DNA from: a virus
Lineage: Duplodnaviria > Caudoviricetes
DNA: 45,867 nucleotides
IMG/VR virus record: IMGVR_UViG_3300046000_004867
Location: 1 to 45,867 of that record
Strand: one strand, 5' to 3'
Positions 18,201 to 27,497 of the stretch are shown here, one piece after another (the first letter of the stretch is position 1; the number at the start of each line of letters is the position of its first letter). The translations under genes and the position numbers were made by a program. The notes under the pieces were generated by a model. The model was given only the letters and a program-made list of their open reading frames with translations, searched no databases and was not told the origin of the DNA.

Positions 18201-18620
18201 TTAGGTGATCTTGAACACGCCGACGGTGGCGGTCTGGTCGAGGTCGACCGTGACGGTCTCATCCGCGGCGACAACCTGCGAGCTGCCGTAATCCCAGTAG
18301 CCCACCACGATGTTGTTGGTCTTGTTCACGAGCAGCGCGTAGCGGAACGTGAACCCGGCGCCGGAGCCCGTCCACACGGCGGGGTCGGCCAGCACCAGCA
18401 CGAAGTCCGAGGCGTTCATGCCAGACGAGGTCGTGCTGACGTTGGCGCCGCCTGCGGTGTAGCCACCCCCGGTGGCCAGATCCGTGGTGCCCGAGGTGAA
18501 CACCTTGGACGCAGGGGTCGATGCGGACAAGGCGATGGCCCACTGGTCCGTTCCTGCGTTGATGCCTTCCGCGAGATCTTCATTCGCAGTGGTGACTTTC
18601 ACATAGGAAGCGGTGGGCAT
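18201..18620 (-). CDS. Putative structural protein (GGGYTAGG motif family)
   Basis: 139 aa with ATGGGYTAGG..VWTGSG..FRYALL..YWDYG; RBS AGGA upstream. Confidence 0.65.
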   Translation of the reverse strand: MPTASYVKVTTANEDLAEGINAGTDQWAIALSASTPASKVFTSGTTDLATGGGYTAGGANVSTTSSGMNASDFVLVLADPAVWTGSGAGFTFRYALLVNKTNNIVVGYWDYGSSQVVAADETVTVDLDQTATVGVFKIT

Positions 18621-18629
18621 TGCGGGTCC

Positions 18630-18986
18630 TTAAATTGACTTGCGGCCCGACATCACCACCTTGAGTGCGGTCGTGCCGTCGCCGCCGAATACGCGGGGCT
18701 TGATGTAGATGGGGAGCTCGACGATCTGTTGCAGCTTGCCTTCGGTAAGCGTCATCGCTGCGCCCGAGGTGTCGTGCAGTGCGTGATAGGTCACGCCGTC
18801 GTTGCTGCCGCCGATGGTGACGCTGGCGCCACCGAACACACCGGCCACCTGGATGGTCCGATCGGAATAGACAGCGAGCCGTACAGGCTCGCCGTCGTCA
18901 TCCGCCAACATGTTGTCCCAGGTCGTGACCGCCACGTCTCGAGAGGTCTCGAACGGAAAGGTCGTGAGTGGGACAACCGTCGGCAT
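18630..18986 (-). CDS. Putative capsid-associated beta-sandwich protein
   Basis: IQVAGVFGGASVTIGGSNDG motif; located in head operon. Confidence 0.6.
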   Translation of the reverse strand: MPTVVPLTTFPFETSRDVAVTTWDNMLADDDGEPVRLAVYSDRTIQVAGVFGGASVTIGGSNDGVTYHALHDTSGAAMTLTEGKLQQIVELPIYIKPRVFGGDGTTALKVVMSGRKSI

Positions 18987-18989
18987 CGC

Positions 18990-19208
18990 TTAGGCCAAGA
19001 CGTCGGTGAACTTCTTGGCCTCGGCGTGGCCCAGTTCCGACAGGGCTTTTGGCTCCTGCTTCTCTGGTTTGGCCTTGGCCTTGGAGGCCTCGACCGACGC
19101 GACGGGCGCGAACCACGAGCCCTTGGTCCCTTGCGGGATGTCGAGCTCGTCGCCCACGCGCACGCGGCGCCCGTTGTAAAACGCTACTTTGATGGCAACG
19201 ATTTTCAC
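18990..19208 (-). CDS. Small head-operon protein
   Basis: 72 aa directly after the cement gene. Confidence 0.6.
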   Translation of the reverse strand: MKIVAIKVAFYNGRRVRVGDELDIPQGTKGSWFAPVASVEASKAKAKPEKQEPKALSELGHAEAKKFTDVLA

Positions 19209-19218
19209 GGGCTAGACC

Positions 19219-19689
19219 TTAGAGCTGCCAGGGCGCATCAAACGACTTCTGGGTCACCGGGGTGGGTGTCAGGAAGCAGTTCACCTTGCCGGTGGTGGTC
19301 GTGGTCGTGGCGGTCGTGCACAAGATGCCGAGGTAGCGCTCGTACTGACCCTTGGGCAGTTCGACCTGCATCAGCGTCTTGCCCGCGGCCAGCAGGGGCT
19401 GGACCGTGGTGGCGCCGGTCACGAAGATCGGCGAGGCGACGTGGGTCGTACAAGCCGACACCACACCGGCGCCCAGGGTAGCCAGCGCGTCGGAGACCAG
19501 GAAGAACTGCACCGTGCCGGCGGCGGCGGCGGTGGCAATTTCCGTGTCCACGGTGATAACCGCGTACAGGTCATCGACGTCGTTGACGCCGTCGTTGCCC
19601 AGGTCAATCACGTCACCGATCAATGCGGTGCCTGCAGCAGCTGCCACCGAGGTGGCGTCTGCGAATTCATTGCGTTCGTCGAGAATCAT
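19219..19689 (-). CDS. Capsid cement/decoration protein (Bbp16-like)
   Basis: MILDERNEF..DVIDLG..ERYLGI motifs; follows major capsid gene. Confidence 0.85.
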   Translation of the reverse strand: MILDERNEFADATSVAAAAGTALIGDVIDLGNDGVNDVDDLYAVITVDTEIATAAAAGTVQFFLVSDALATLGAGVVSACTTHVASPIFVTGATTVQPLLAAGKTLMQVELPKGQYERYLGILCTTATTTTTTGKVNCFLTPTPVTQKSFDAPWQL

Positions 19690-19720
19690 TTTGATGTCCT
19701 TTCAGTGTTCAGGAATGGGC

Positions 19721-20716
19721 TTAGACCACGCGGGTCTCGGTGCTGATCAGCGCGTCGGTGCGACGGACAGGGATGTCGTCGAACGTCATCACGCGCTTGC
19801 CCGAAACGGTTTCCCAGTTCAGGTTGGTGGACACCTTTTCCAGGATGCCCAGGCGCAGCTTCTCGCGCAGGGTGCGGTTCATGTAGAAGCACGCGCGGCC
19901 CTTGCCCAGCTGGGGAATGCGCTCGCTTGCCTGAATCATCCAGGTGATCAGGTTCTTGGTGTTGGCCAAGGTGTTCAGGTCCGACACGTCGATGTTGGCG
20001 ATGCGCACGAAGTAGCGCCAGTCGCGGATCGTGAGACCCGAGTCCATGCGGTAGTGGGTGCGGTAGCCTTCCATGCGACCGCCAGCGCCATCGATGTTCT
20101 CGATCGTGACCTGACCCTTGTCGGTCATCTGCAGGCCGGCCTGGCTGCCCTTCGGGTAAATGCCGAAGCCCGTCTGGGGGCCCCACACGCACAGCCAGAT
20201 CGAGGTCAGGTCGCCACCGGAACCACTGAAGCCATCGATGATGTTGTCGGCGTTCTGTGCAGACAGCGAGTTGTAGCGCGGGGCCAGGCCGGTGAAGGCT
20301 TCGGGCTCAGTGCCTTCATTGCCGTAGAACAGCGTCTGTGCGTGCTCCTGGGCCATGCCCTCGATGTGGGCTGCGTCTTCCGACAGGCGGAACGCGGCGC
20401 TGTTGCCGTTCAGGTCGGCGAGCGCCTTGTCGACTTCAGCGTAGGCTTCCAACATACCGCACGAGTCAGTGACCTGCGCGGTGGTGGACTTGCCGGGCTG
20501 CACGCCGCCGTACAGCTTGCGCCAGGTGGGAGTGGGCAGACCGGTGCGCACGGTCGTCTTGTGACCGGTGGCCAGGTTGCCTTCGAGGAACGTCATGTCC
20601 TCGAGGATGGGGTTCTGTGCGGCCATCAGTTCGACGATGCTGTCGATCTTGCCGTTGGGGTCCAGACGCTTGGATACGTCCAAGAGGGTGGGGTGGGTTG
20701 TTGCGAGAGTGGTCAT
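19721..20716 (-). CDS. Major capsid protein (BPP-1 Bbp17/epsilon15 gp7-like)
   Basis: PTLLDVSKRLDP..TTVRTGLPTPTWRKLY..EAFTGLAPRY..FDDIPVRRTDAL. Confidence 0.95.
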   Translation of the reverse strand: MTTLATTHPTLLDVSKRLDPNGKIDSIVELMAAQNPILEDMTFLEGNLATGHKTTVRTGLPTPTWRKLYGGVQPGKSTTAQVTDSCGMLEAYAEVDKALADLNGNSAAFRLSEDAAHIEGMAQEHAQTLFYGNEGTEPEAFTGLAPRYNSLSAQNADNIIDGFSGSGGDLTSIWLCVWGPQTGFGIYPKGSQAGLQMTDKGQVTIENIDGAGGRMEGYRTHYRMDSGLTIRDWRYFVRIANIDVSDLNTLANTKNLITWMIQASERIPQLGKGRACFYMNRTLREKLRLGILEKVSTNLNWETVSGKRVMTFDDIPVRRTDALISTETRVV

Positions 20717-20734
20717 TTGGGATTACCTTTCAAC

Positions 20735-21322
20735 TTAATTCATGGATGGGAACATGCGCTTTGCCATATCGGTCTCGGGGCCTTTGGCTCCCCCGGTCAC
20801 GAAACGGTCTTCGCTGATTGCCTTGCCGATCTTGTAGAACGCCTTGATCACCTCGGGGTGGTTTCCAAACCCCGTTGCGTTCAACACATCCTTCAGTTCG
20901 GGCGTACCGAACGCATCGAGTGCCTTGCGCGCCACTCCCAGGTTCTCTGCGAGCTTGTCGCCTCCGATCTCTTTGTCGGACTTGACGGCCTCGGTCCAGG
21001 TCTCGACCAGCTTGGTGTGCGCTTCGGTCTGGCGCTGGGCCATCTTGGCTCCAACGTCTGCAACCTTTTGCGCAGTGGCCTGGTCGAGCTTGAGCTCCTT
21101 GGCGATCGCGGTGAACTCATCGGCAGCTGTCTTGTCCAGCTGCACACCCTCGGGCATGGCGAACTCGTAGGACTCGGGGGCCACAGCCTCGGGGGCTTTG
21201 GTCTCAGGGGCCTGCGTGCTCGTGTCGCTCGGTGGCGTCGTCACGGTGGTATCAGCAGTGTTTTGCGTTGTCCCAGCGTCAGTGGTAGTTGTGCTGGTAT
21301 CCGCGGTCGTATCAGTCGTCAT
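20735..21322 (-). CDS. Capsid scaffolding protein
   Basis: Low-complexity N-terminus; APESYEF..GFGNHPEVIKAFYKIGKAISED motifs; upstream of MCP. Confidence 0.85.
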   Translation of the reverse strand: MTTDTTADTSTTTTDAGTTQNTADTTVTTPPSDTSTQAPETKAPEAVAPESYEFAMPEGVQLDKTAADEFTAIAKELKLDQATAQKVADVGAKMAQRQTEAHTKLVETWTEAVKSDKEIGGDKLAENLGVARKALDAFGTPELKDVLNATGFGNHPEVIKAFYKIGKAISEDRFVTGGAKGPETDMAKRMFPSMN

Positions 21323-21635
21323 TTTTGGCCTTAAATTCCTTCAGGACTTTCAGGTACCCATCGGCCGACGCCTCAAGCAGTTCGCCCGTCAGGAAGAGCC
21401 CCATGTGTCTGCGTCCCTCGCTGAAGGCCATCACGGACCCTGAGTGGTTGAAGGAGCTGCGAAACACACCGGCTTCATCGAGCAAGCGGCTCACGATACG
21501 GCGGCCCTGTGGGTGGCCCAGCAGCCAACGAAGATCGTCGAGTTCTTTGCGTCGGCTTTCGCGTACCCCAGCCTCATCGGCTTCGGCATCGCGCTCCTGG
21601 CGCTTCAGGTCTGTTGGATCGTTGTTAGTTGCCAC
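21312..21635 (-). CDS. Bbp19-like head protein
   Basis: DLRWLLGHPQGRR..MAFSEGRR motif; synteny. Confidence 0.8.
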   Translation of the reverse strand: MATNNDPTDLKRQERDAEADEAGVRESRRKELDDLRWLLGHPQGRRIVSRLLDEAGVFRSSFNHSGSVMAFSEGRRHMGLFLTGELLEASADGYLKVLKEFKAKNDD

Positions 21636-21641
21636 GCGCGC

Positions 21642-21673
21642 ATCGTATTGCGCGCTGACTGTTTCACGGACAC
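21642..21673 (-). promoter_or_regulatory. Late promoter motif copy (head operon): GTGTCCGTG-N17-TACGAT
   Basis: Repeated motif; -10 lies 6 nt before the GTG start. Confidence 0.8.
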
Positions 21674-21680
21674 GCTAAAG

Positions 21681-21703
21681 AAAAAGCCCGCGCTGGGCGG
21701 GCT
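21681..21703 (-). terminator. Rho-independent terminator
   Basis: AGCCCGCCCAGCGCGGGCTTTTT on minus strand, same as 791-813. Confidence 0.8.
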
Positions 21704-21729
21704 ATCCTCGTGCTGAGGGGTGTTCAGTG

Positions 21730-22236
21730 CTAATCGGGGGATTGGGTTTTTGCTTCAGCTTCAATGGACGCTCTGACAACATCATCCAAATCCACCACGC
21801 CGTTGTCGGTTGCGCGGTAGAAGAAGCAAGCACCTAAGATTGCTTTGGCATGGTGGTCGCGCAAGTGGCGGTACTTCGCTGCATCGCTGATGATCTGCTG
21901 CGTCTCCGTGTGCACGTTGCGAATGGGGCTTACATGCTTGATAAATCCCTGCTCGTCAGCGGTCAGGTTCGCAGACAAGTTGGCAATGCTTAGTTGCTGC
22001 CTGGCTACATCCGCATCCCGCACCAGCGCTTCGATGGCCTCACCTAAGCAGTGCCTGAACATGTCTTGCGCTTGCTGGTGGTGGAGCAGATTCGTACCAG
22101 TAGGCCAGCTTCCACTTACTTGCGCAATGGCCTTAGCGCGGTCAAAACTGATGTAGCAATCGGGGTAAAAATCGTTCGGCAACTTCCAGCCCATGAGCTT
22201 GTCGGCTGCGTCTTTGATGATTTCTTCAGTGGTCAT
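21730..22236 (-). CDS. Hypothetical protein (accessory insertion)
   Basis: 168-aa ORF, visibly more AT-rich than neighbouring genes. Confidence 0.6.
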   Translation of the reverse strand: MTTEEIIKDAADKLMGWKLPNDFYPDCYISFDRAKAIAQVSGSWPTGTNLLHHQQAQDMFRHCLGEAIEALVRDADVARQQLSIANLSANLTADEQGFIKHVSPIRNVHTETQQIISDAAKYRHLRDHHAKAILGACFFYRATDNGVVDLDDVVRASIEAEAKTQSPD

Positions 22237-22265
22237 GTCTTAAAGCTTTCGTGCTGAGAAGGTAG

Positions 22266-23861
22266 CTATTTGGCGTAAGCGTCAAAAAACGCCGTGATCT
22301 GTGACAGGAACGGGCTTATCGCAAAAGAGTGACCGCCTGTTGTCAGCGTGGAAGTCACAACCGGGCAAACACCTTGCATCTTTGGAATGAGCGCCAGAGC
22401 ATTTGCAGATGGCGTAACCGACACATCATCGGTAGGGGTGATGAACAGCATGGGCAGTTGCCGGAAGCTGTACTCTGGCAACAGGTTCGGGTCTTTGCCA
22501 GCGGTCTGCGTGGCGTAGTTGCCGCCGCTGATCCCGTAAGCGGAGGTTATGACGCCAGTGAACAGCGCGTTCGCGTAGTTCTCAGCCAAATTGGTGGTTG
22601 CGCTTGTTCCGACCCATGCAACGACGCCCGGAATCTTGTTCGCAGCCAGTGCATTCAGGCTTTCAATGCCGCCCATGCTGTTGGCAAACATGGCAACCGG
22701 CCCAATGGCGTAGTTGTCGCGCAGGAACTTGTATGCTGCGTAATAGGCATCCGTTGATGCTGCGTTACCCCATGTGGTTTTTGAGGCATTGAGGGCACAG
22801 GACAACACGATGTAGCCAGCGTTCACACACGCACGCTGGAGCGCCGAATAGTTGCCGTTGCTGATGAATGCCGTTTCGTCGGTGCCATTGCCGTGGAAGC
22901 ACATCACCACTGGCGTCGGCTTGCGGGAGTCGTATGCAGCGGGGAGGAACACCATCCAGCTTTGTGTGCCATCACCAGACCAGTGGATTGTCTTGGCAGC
23001 GCCTTCGCTGAAGGTGCGCGGGGCGATGGTTTGCAGCCCTTTGCGAGCCGAGCACAAGCCAACGGATTGACCCGTCAAAGCCCTTGCGTCAGAGTTGAAC
23101 AAGTACAGGTTGTTGACAGCGAACCCGGCACGGAGTCGGCGGCAGTACAACTCATTCGTTCCATCCGTCTTGCAGGCGACCACAGAAATATAGGTCTGAT
23201 CGACAGTGACAGTTACGATGTATGAACCGGCAGTAACAGCTTGTCCGGTAAGGGCAGTGGTCGCGCCGCTATCCATGCTCAACAAAGTCCCGACCACACC
23301 GCCACTGGTGTAAAGACCAAACGCATTTGCGCCAGCGGCTGCTGGTGCTGCACCAGCGGCATCCTTTGACACCCCGATAATCACGCCGCCACCTGCGGAA
23401 CCCGCTGGTATGGTCAACGCAAATACAGCCCGCAAGTTTTCATTAGCAGCCATGGCGAATGAATGGTTTTGACCTGACCCGCCGCCCTGAGTTGCGCCTG
23501 CAAATAGAGCGCCACCACTTACCTGACAAGGGTTTGCGCCCTGCGCCCAATTTGCCGAAGCGCTGGCCCATGCTTCAGTGAAGATGGTTGATGCTGTGTC
23601 CTCGTAACCAGCGCGGGACGATGCTACCGATGCGCTTTGCTCGGTCACTGCTTTGGCCTGCAAGCCGTAGAGGTTCGCCAGTGTCCCAGCAATGGCTGTT
23701 TGTGCTGCGGTTTGGGTGGATACGCCTAGCCCCCCGGTGAGGGGATCGGTTGCGTAGACAGGCACGCTGAACTCTTTACCGTCGCGTGCACGACGCACAC
23801 CGCTCGGGTCGCCCGTGGTCTCGTTCTCGAGCCACTGAAATCCGCCGGATACTTTGCTCAT
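22266..23861 (-). CDS. Alpha/beta-hydrolase (esterase) with beta-rich N-terminal domain
   Basis: VMCFHGNG oxyanion motif, ANSMGG nucleophile elbow, TDDVSV Asp and GGHS His. Confidence 0.8.
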   Translation of the reverse strand: MSKVSGGFQWLENETTGDPSGVRRARDGKEFSVPVYATDPLTGGLGVSTQTAAQTAIAGTLANLYGLQAKAVTEQSASVASSRAGYEDTASTIFTEAWASASANWAQGANPCQVSGGALFAGATQGGGSGQNHSFAMAANENLRAVFALTIPAGSAGGGVIIGVSKDAAGAAPAAAGANAFGLYTSGGVVGTLLSMDSGATTALTGQAVTAGSYIVTVTVDQTYISVVACKTDGTNELYCRRLRAGFAVNNLYLFNSDARALTGQSVGLCSARKGLQTIAPRTFSEGAAKTIHWSGDGTQSWMVFLPAAYDSRKPTPVVMCFHGNGTDETAFISNGNYSALQRACVNAGYIVLSCALNASKTTWGNAASTDAYYAAYKFLRDNYAIGPVAMFANSMGGIESLNALAANKIPGVVAWVGTSATTNLAENYANALFTGVITSAYGISGGNYATQTAGKDPNLLPEYSFRQLPMLFITPTDDVSVTPSANALALIPKMQGVCPVVTSTLTTGGHSFAISPFLSQITAFFDAYAK

Positions 23862-23870
23862 GGGGTGTCC

Positions 23871-25556
23871 TTAAATCTGTGAGGCCGAGGGCGTGCCGTA
23901 GCCCATCAGGCCGTTCATAACGTCCTGCACGCCCTGCGTGTTGATCTCGCCCGCGGTCTTAGCGGTCTCGACCATCTGAGGCGCGGCAGCAGCCGCTTGC
24001 GCAGCCTGGGCCGCTTGGGCTGCAGCGGCGCGCTTCTCGGCCACGATGTTGTCGGGCACGATGATCTTGGGGTTAACCCCGTACATGTCGCCGTAGTCGT
24101 CGACCACCTGGTCGAAGTCGATCTTGTCGAGCACGCCCGGGTTGATGGCGGCGAGGTTGCTCACGGTGCCTAGCAGTCGGTCCACGCCCTGGGCTGCGAC
24201 CGCACGCTGTGCCTGCGCCAGCACAGAGATGAACTCGACCTTGAGCTCCATGCCTTGGAGCTCCTGCGGGGGCTCGGGCAGGATGCCGGCCTTGCTGGCG
24301 TAGTCGAACGCGGTGTCGATCATCGGGCTCAGGAGCTCGTTCTGCAGGCGCTCGAGCACGGGGCCGAGCATCAGCAGCTTCTCTTCGTGGCGCTCGGCCA
24401 CCTCGGTGGCAGTGATGCCAGAGCGTGTGTCGTTGGCCAGCATCATGAACAGATCCGCGTAGTAGCTCGAGCGGATGCGATCGCGCACGTCCTGGATGTC
24501 ACCCAGTAGGTGCTGCAGGTTGATATTCACGTCGAACGCGGACTTGATCGCGTTGCCCTGCCCCACGCTGTCGACGTAGAACACACCACCCGGCAGTCGT
24601 GCGCGGGAGGCTTCCTTGTACTTGGTGGGCACCTGGATCGGGGGGTTGACCATGTAGTCAATCGCCTGGCCCTTGCGCAGCTGCTGGTGCTGCAATTGCT
24701 TCACGTCGCCCAGGCACTCCATGCCGGGGCTGGTGCCGTAGATGTCGTTGCCAGTCACGACCCAGCGCGGAGTGAGCGCGGGGAACTTGTCGAAGCCCGA
24801 CTCGCTCAGGTACTTGTCGAACTGGTCCTTGCCGGGCTCGATGTAGCACGATGCGAAGCGCTTGTTCTTGCCATCGATCTTGCCATACTCACGCTCGCGG
24901 CGGGGCTCGATCATGTGCACCACGTCCACCCAGGCGTCGAGCTGGTGGCGCTGGAACAGGTTGAGCACGGTCGCGCTCACGTTCTCCTTGCCGAACTGCT
25001 CGACCATCTGGCCGACGGTCATCTGGAATTCTCTGCAGAGTGTGTCGACCTCGCCCTTGTAGTTCGTGCTCAGCGCGTACTCGCCGATGGTCAGCGGGTA
25101 GTGGTGGACCACGTTGTCGAAGTCAGGCAGCACGATGGTGGCCGCGGTGCCGAACAGGCCGAGCTCCTCGTAGAGCGTGTGCAGGCTGCGGTAGGTGTTG
25201 GAGCTTGCGAAGATGTTGCGCAGCACGCGTGCGCTGTCGTGCAGGTAGCTCTTGACGGCGCCCGACTCCATCAGGTCCTGGTCCTGGATCTCCAGGCGGA
25301 ACCAGGGGCGTGCGGGGCTGGTCATGCCCGACATCATGCCGGCGGCCAGTGTGCGCGAGCCGAACACGGCCGCGTTGTCCAGGATGCTGTTGGCGCGCTT
25401 GTCGCCCTTGTTGCGATCGGTGACCACAAACCGCCCAGCGCGGGGCTGCTGGTACTCGCTGATGTCACGCCAGTGGCTGACCCAGCTCGAGCGCTCCGTC
25501 CACAGCGCACCCTTGCGGGCGAGCATGCGCTGGCGTTTGTTGATCGGCTCGTCCAT
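23871..25556 (-). CDS. Portal (head-tail connector)
   Basis: LAAGMMSGMTSPARPWF..TATEVAERHEEKLLMLGPVLERL T7/BPP-1-type portal motifs. Confidence 0.95.
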   Translation of the reverse strand: MDEPINKRQRMLARKGALWTERSSWVSHWRDISEYQQPRAGRFVVTDRNKGDKRANSILDNAAVFGSRTLAAGMMSGMTSPARPWFRLEIQDQDLMESGAVKSYLHDSARVLRNIFASSNTYRSLHTLYEELGLFGTAATIVLPDFDNVVHHYPLTIGEYALSTNYKGEVDTLCREFQMTVGQMVEQFGKENVSATVLNLFQRHQLDAWVDVVHMIEPRREREYGKIDGKNKRFASCYIEPGKDQFDKYLSESGFDKFPALTPRWVVTGNDIYGTSPGMECLGDVKQLQHQQLRKGQAIDYMVNPPIQVPTKYKEASRARLPGGVFYVDSVGQGNAIKSAFDVNINLQHLLGDIQDVRDRIRSSYYADLFMMLANDTRSGITATEVAERHEEKLLMLGPVLERLQNELLSPMIDTAFDYASKAGILPEPPQELQGMELKVEFISVLAQAQRAVAAQGVDRLLGTVSNLAAINPGVLDKIDFDQVVDDYGDMYGVNPKIIVPDNIVAEKRAAAAQAAQAAQAAAAAPQMVETAKTAGEINTQGVQDVMNGLMGYGTPSASQI

Positions 25557-25750
25557 TAGCCGCCCAGGAGCGAGGTCTTGCCAGTGGCGGCGTTGGCGAT
25601 GCCACTGGGGCCGGTGAGCAGTGAGCCACCGCCCATGGCGCTCGAGGCGCGGTTCTTCTTCATGGCGTCCACCGCGACGGCCACGTCAGGCTGCTTGACG
25701 GCCTGGGGCGGAGGCGGAGGTGCTGGAATACTGGGTGAGCTCATGCACAT
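25556..25750 (-). CDS. Small virion protein upstream of portal
   Basis: MCMSSPSIPAPPPPP..LLTG..KTSLLGG typical of this position; start at 25750 with GAGG RBS. Confidence 0.75.
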   Translation of the reverse strand: MCMSSPSIPAPPPPPQAVKQPDVAVAVDAMKKNRASSAMGGGSLLTGPSGIANAATGKTSLLGG

Positions 25751-25775
25751 GGTCGTGTCCTCAAGGGTTCGCGGC

Positions 25776-25807
25776 ATTGTGCAAGGCGGCGCGGGTTACA
25801 CGGACAC
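25776..25807 (-). promoter_or_regulatory. Late promoter motif copy (portal operon): GTGTCCGTG-N17-CACAAT
   Basis: Repeated intergenic motif. Confidence 0.75.
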
Positions 25808-25809
25808 AC

Positions 25810-27423
25810 TCACCTGCGGGCGTAGGGGTCGTAGCTCAGTGCCGGGCTCTCGGGCTCGGCCAGTGCACGGATGGCGCGCACCTTGGGCACATCGATCAGC
25901 GCCAGCATGATGGCGGTGGCACGGTCAGGGCTGCGGCCCACGCGGTCCACGATGTCCTGGCGCCCTTCGACCTTGATGGTCAGGCCCGACATCTCCCAGC
26001 GTGGGGCGCACAGCTCGGCCAGCAGGTCCTTGTCGTTGGGCAGTGCGATGCCGTTGTCGCTGGTGGGCTCGAGCGCCTCGCGCATCTGCCACCACAGCTG
26101 GCTGCGCAGGTTCATGAAGCTCAGGCGCCCTGAGCGGTCAAGGCTTGTGGCGCGCTCGCTCACGTTCACGCCGTACACGTCCTGGCCAGCGTTGAGCAGC
26201 ACGTCATAAGGGCTCGCACCCACCCCGATCACATCCAGGTGGATGGGTGCATAGTCGCGCCGCTCGCCGATCACCAGGCCCGCCACCACGTTGCCGTTGG
26301 GGGTCTCCGCACCGGGGTGCATGTGCAACTCGTCAAACCACAGGTCGGTGGTCGGTGTCTTGTGGCGCGTGGCAATGACCGTCTGGTCACGTCCACCGCG
26401 GGCCACGTCCACACCCATGGCCATCATCTCACCGCGTGGCGTGCGTGGCTTCCAGCGGGCCATGGCGGCCTCAACCCAGGCCGTTGGGATCACCTGCCAG
26501 GGGTCGTCCTCCATGCCGGCCTCGAAGTTGCCGTTGAGCATCTGGCTGCGCAGGGGCTCGGGCAGGGCCTGCAGCTGGGCCATGTAGCCCGTGCTGATCA
26601 GGAAGCTGTTGTCGGTGATCTTGGAGGGGATGAACGTGCGCGACTCAGGCTCGATGATCTCGGTCGGTTTGTAGTCGTCGGGGTTGAAGTCGTAGACCCG
26701 CTCCCGATCGACCAGCACGAACGAGCGGCTGTCATCGTCCGGGATCCAGATGTCCTTGTTGACCGCGGGGTCCATGTAGCAGTAGCGGATCTTGCCCGGG
26801 TCCGTGGGGTAGAGCGGGTTGCGCCTGTCAATCCACGGGCCAAAGAACTCCACCACCCACCGGCCCTCAGCGCTGGTCGGGGGGTTGAACGTCATCAGCA
26901 CCTTAGACGGCACGCCGGTCTTGGCGGTTCGCACCCAGCCCTTCATGAAGCGCACCTGGCTCTCCAGGAAGTTGGCGGCCTCGTCGAGCACCAGCAGATC
27001 CTTGCCACGGCCTTGGTACTTTTTTTCGTCCCCTGAGTTGGGCGCGCTGTTGAACTCGATCTTGAGGCCGATGGTGTCGTCCCGGTACACGGCGGGCTTG
27101 CCGGTCAGGTTCTGCCGCTTGTCCTGCCCCACGATCTCAGCCAGTCGGTCGGTGATGCCCACGAGCTCGGGGCCCTCGCGGCGGAACATCTGCACCTGCT
27201 TGTGCTTGGTGAGCGCCAGGCCAATGGCCAGGTCGGTCTTGCCGCCGCCGGCAGCGCCCCCAAAGCCCACCACCTTGGCGGTTGACGCATACGCCATGGA
27301 CTGCGGGCCAGGCAGTGGGCGCCAGGTGTGTGCCTGGATGTCTGCAGCGATCAAGGCGGCCAGTTCGTCACGCTCGGCAGGGGTGAGGTAGCGCTCGAGG
27401 TCGCGCGCCTGCTGTGGCGTCAT
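25810..27423 (-). CDS. terL: Terminase large subunit
   Basis: Walker A GGAAGGGKT, Walker B LLVLDEA, TFNPP, nuclease GVDVARGG and SPDRA; start placed at ATG 27423. Confidence 0.93.
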   Translation of the reverse strand: MTPQQARDLERYLTPAERDELAALIAADIQAHTWRPLPGPQSMAYASTAKVVGFGGAAGGGKTDLAIGLALTKHKQVQMFRREGPELVGITDRLAEIVGQDKRQNLTGKPAVYRDDTIGLKIEFNSAPNSGDEKKYQGRGKDLLVLDEAANFLESQVRFMKGWVRTAKTGVPSKVLMTFNPPTSAEGRWVVEFFGPWIDRRNPLYPTDPGKIRYCYMDPAVNKDIWIPDDDSRSFVLVDRERVYDFNPDDYKPTEIIEPESRTFIPSKITDNSFLISTGYMAQLQALPEPLRSQMLNGNFEAGMEDDPWQVIPTAWVEAAMARWKPRTPRGEMMAMGVDVARGGRDQTVIATRHKTPTTDLWFDELHMHPGAETPNGNVVAGLVIGERRDYAPIHLDVIGVGASPYDVLLNAGQDVYGVNVSERATSLDRSGRLSFMNLRSQLWWQMREALEPTSDNGIALPNDKDLLAELCAPRWEMSGLTIKVEGRQDIVDRVGRSPDRATAIMLALIDVPKVRAIRALAEPESPALSYDPYARR

Positions 27424-27497
27424 AGCGCCAGCAGCACAAGCCACACGAACGCCCAGCACAGGGCCATGCACAGCAGGAGCTCGAGGTCCTGGTTCAT
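27420..27497 (-). CDS. 25-aa transmembrane peptide MNQDLELLLCMALCWAFVWLVLLAL
   Basis: Manual translation; ATGA overlaps with both the terS stop and the terL start. Confidence 0.6.
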   Translation of the reverse strand: MNQDLELLLCMALCWAFVWLVLLAL

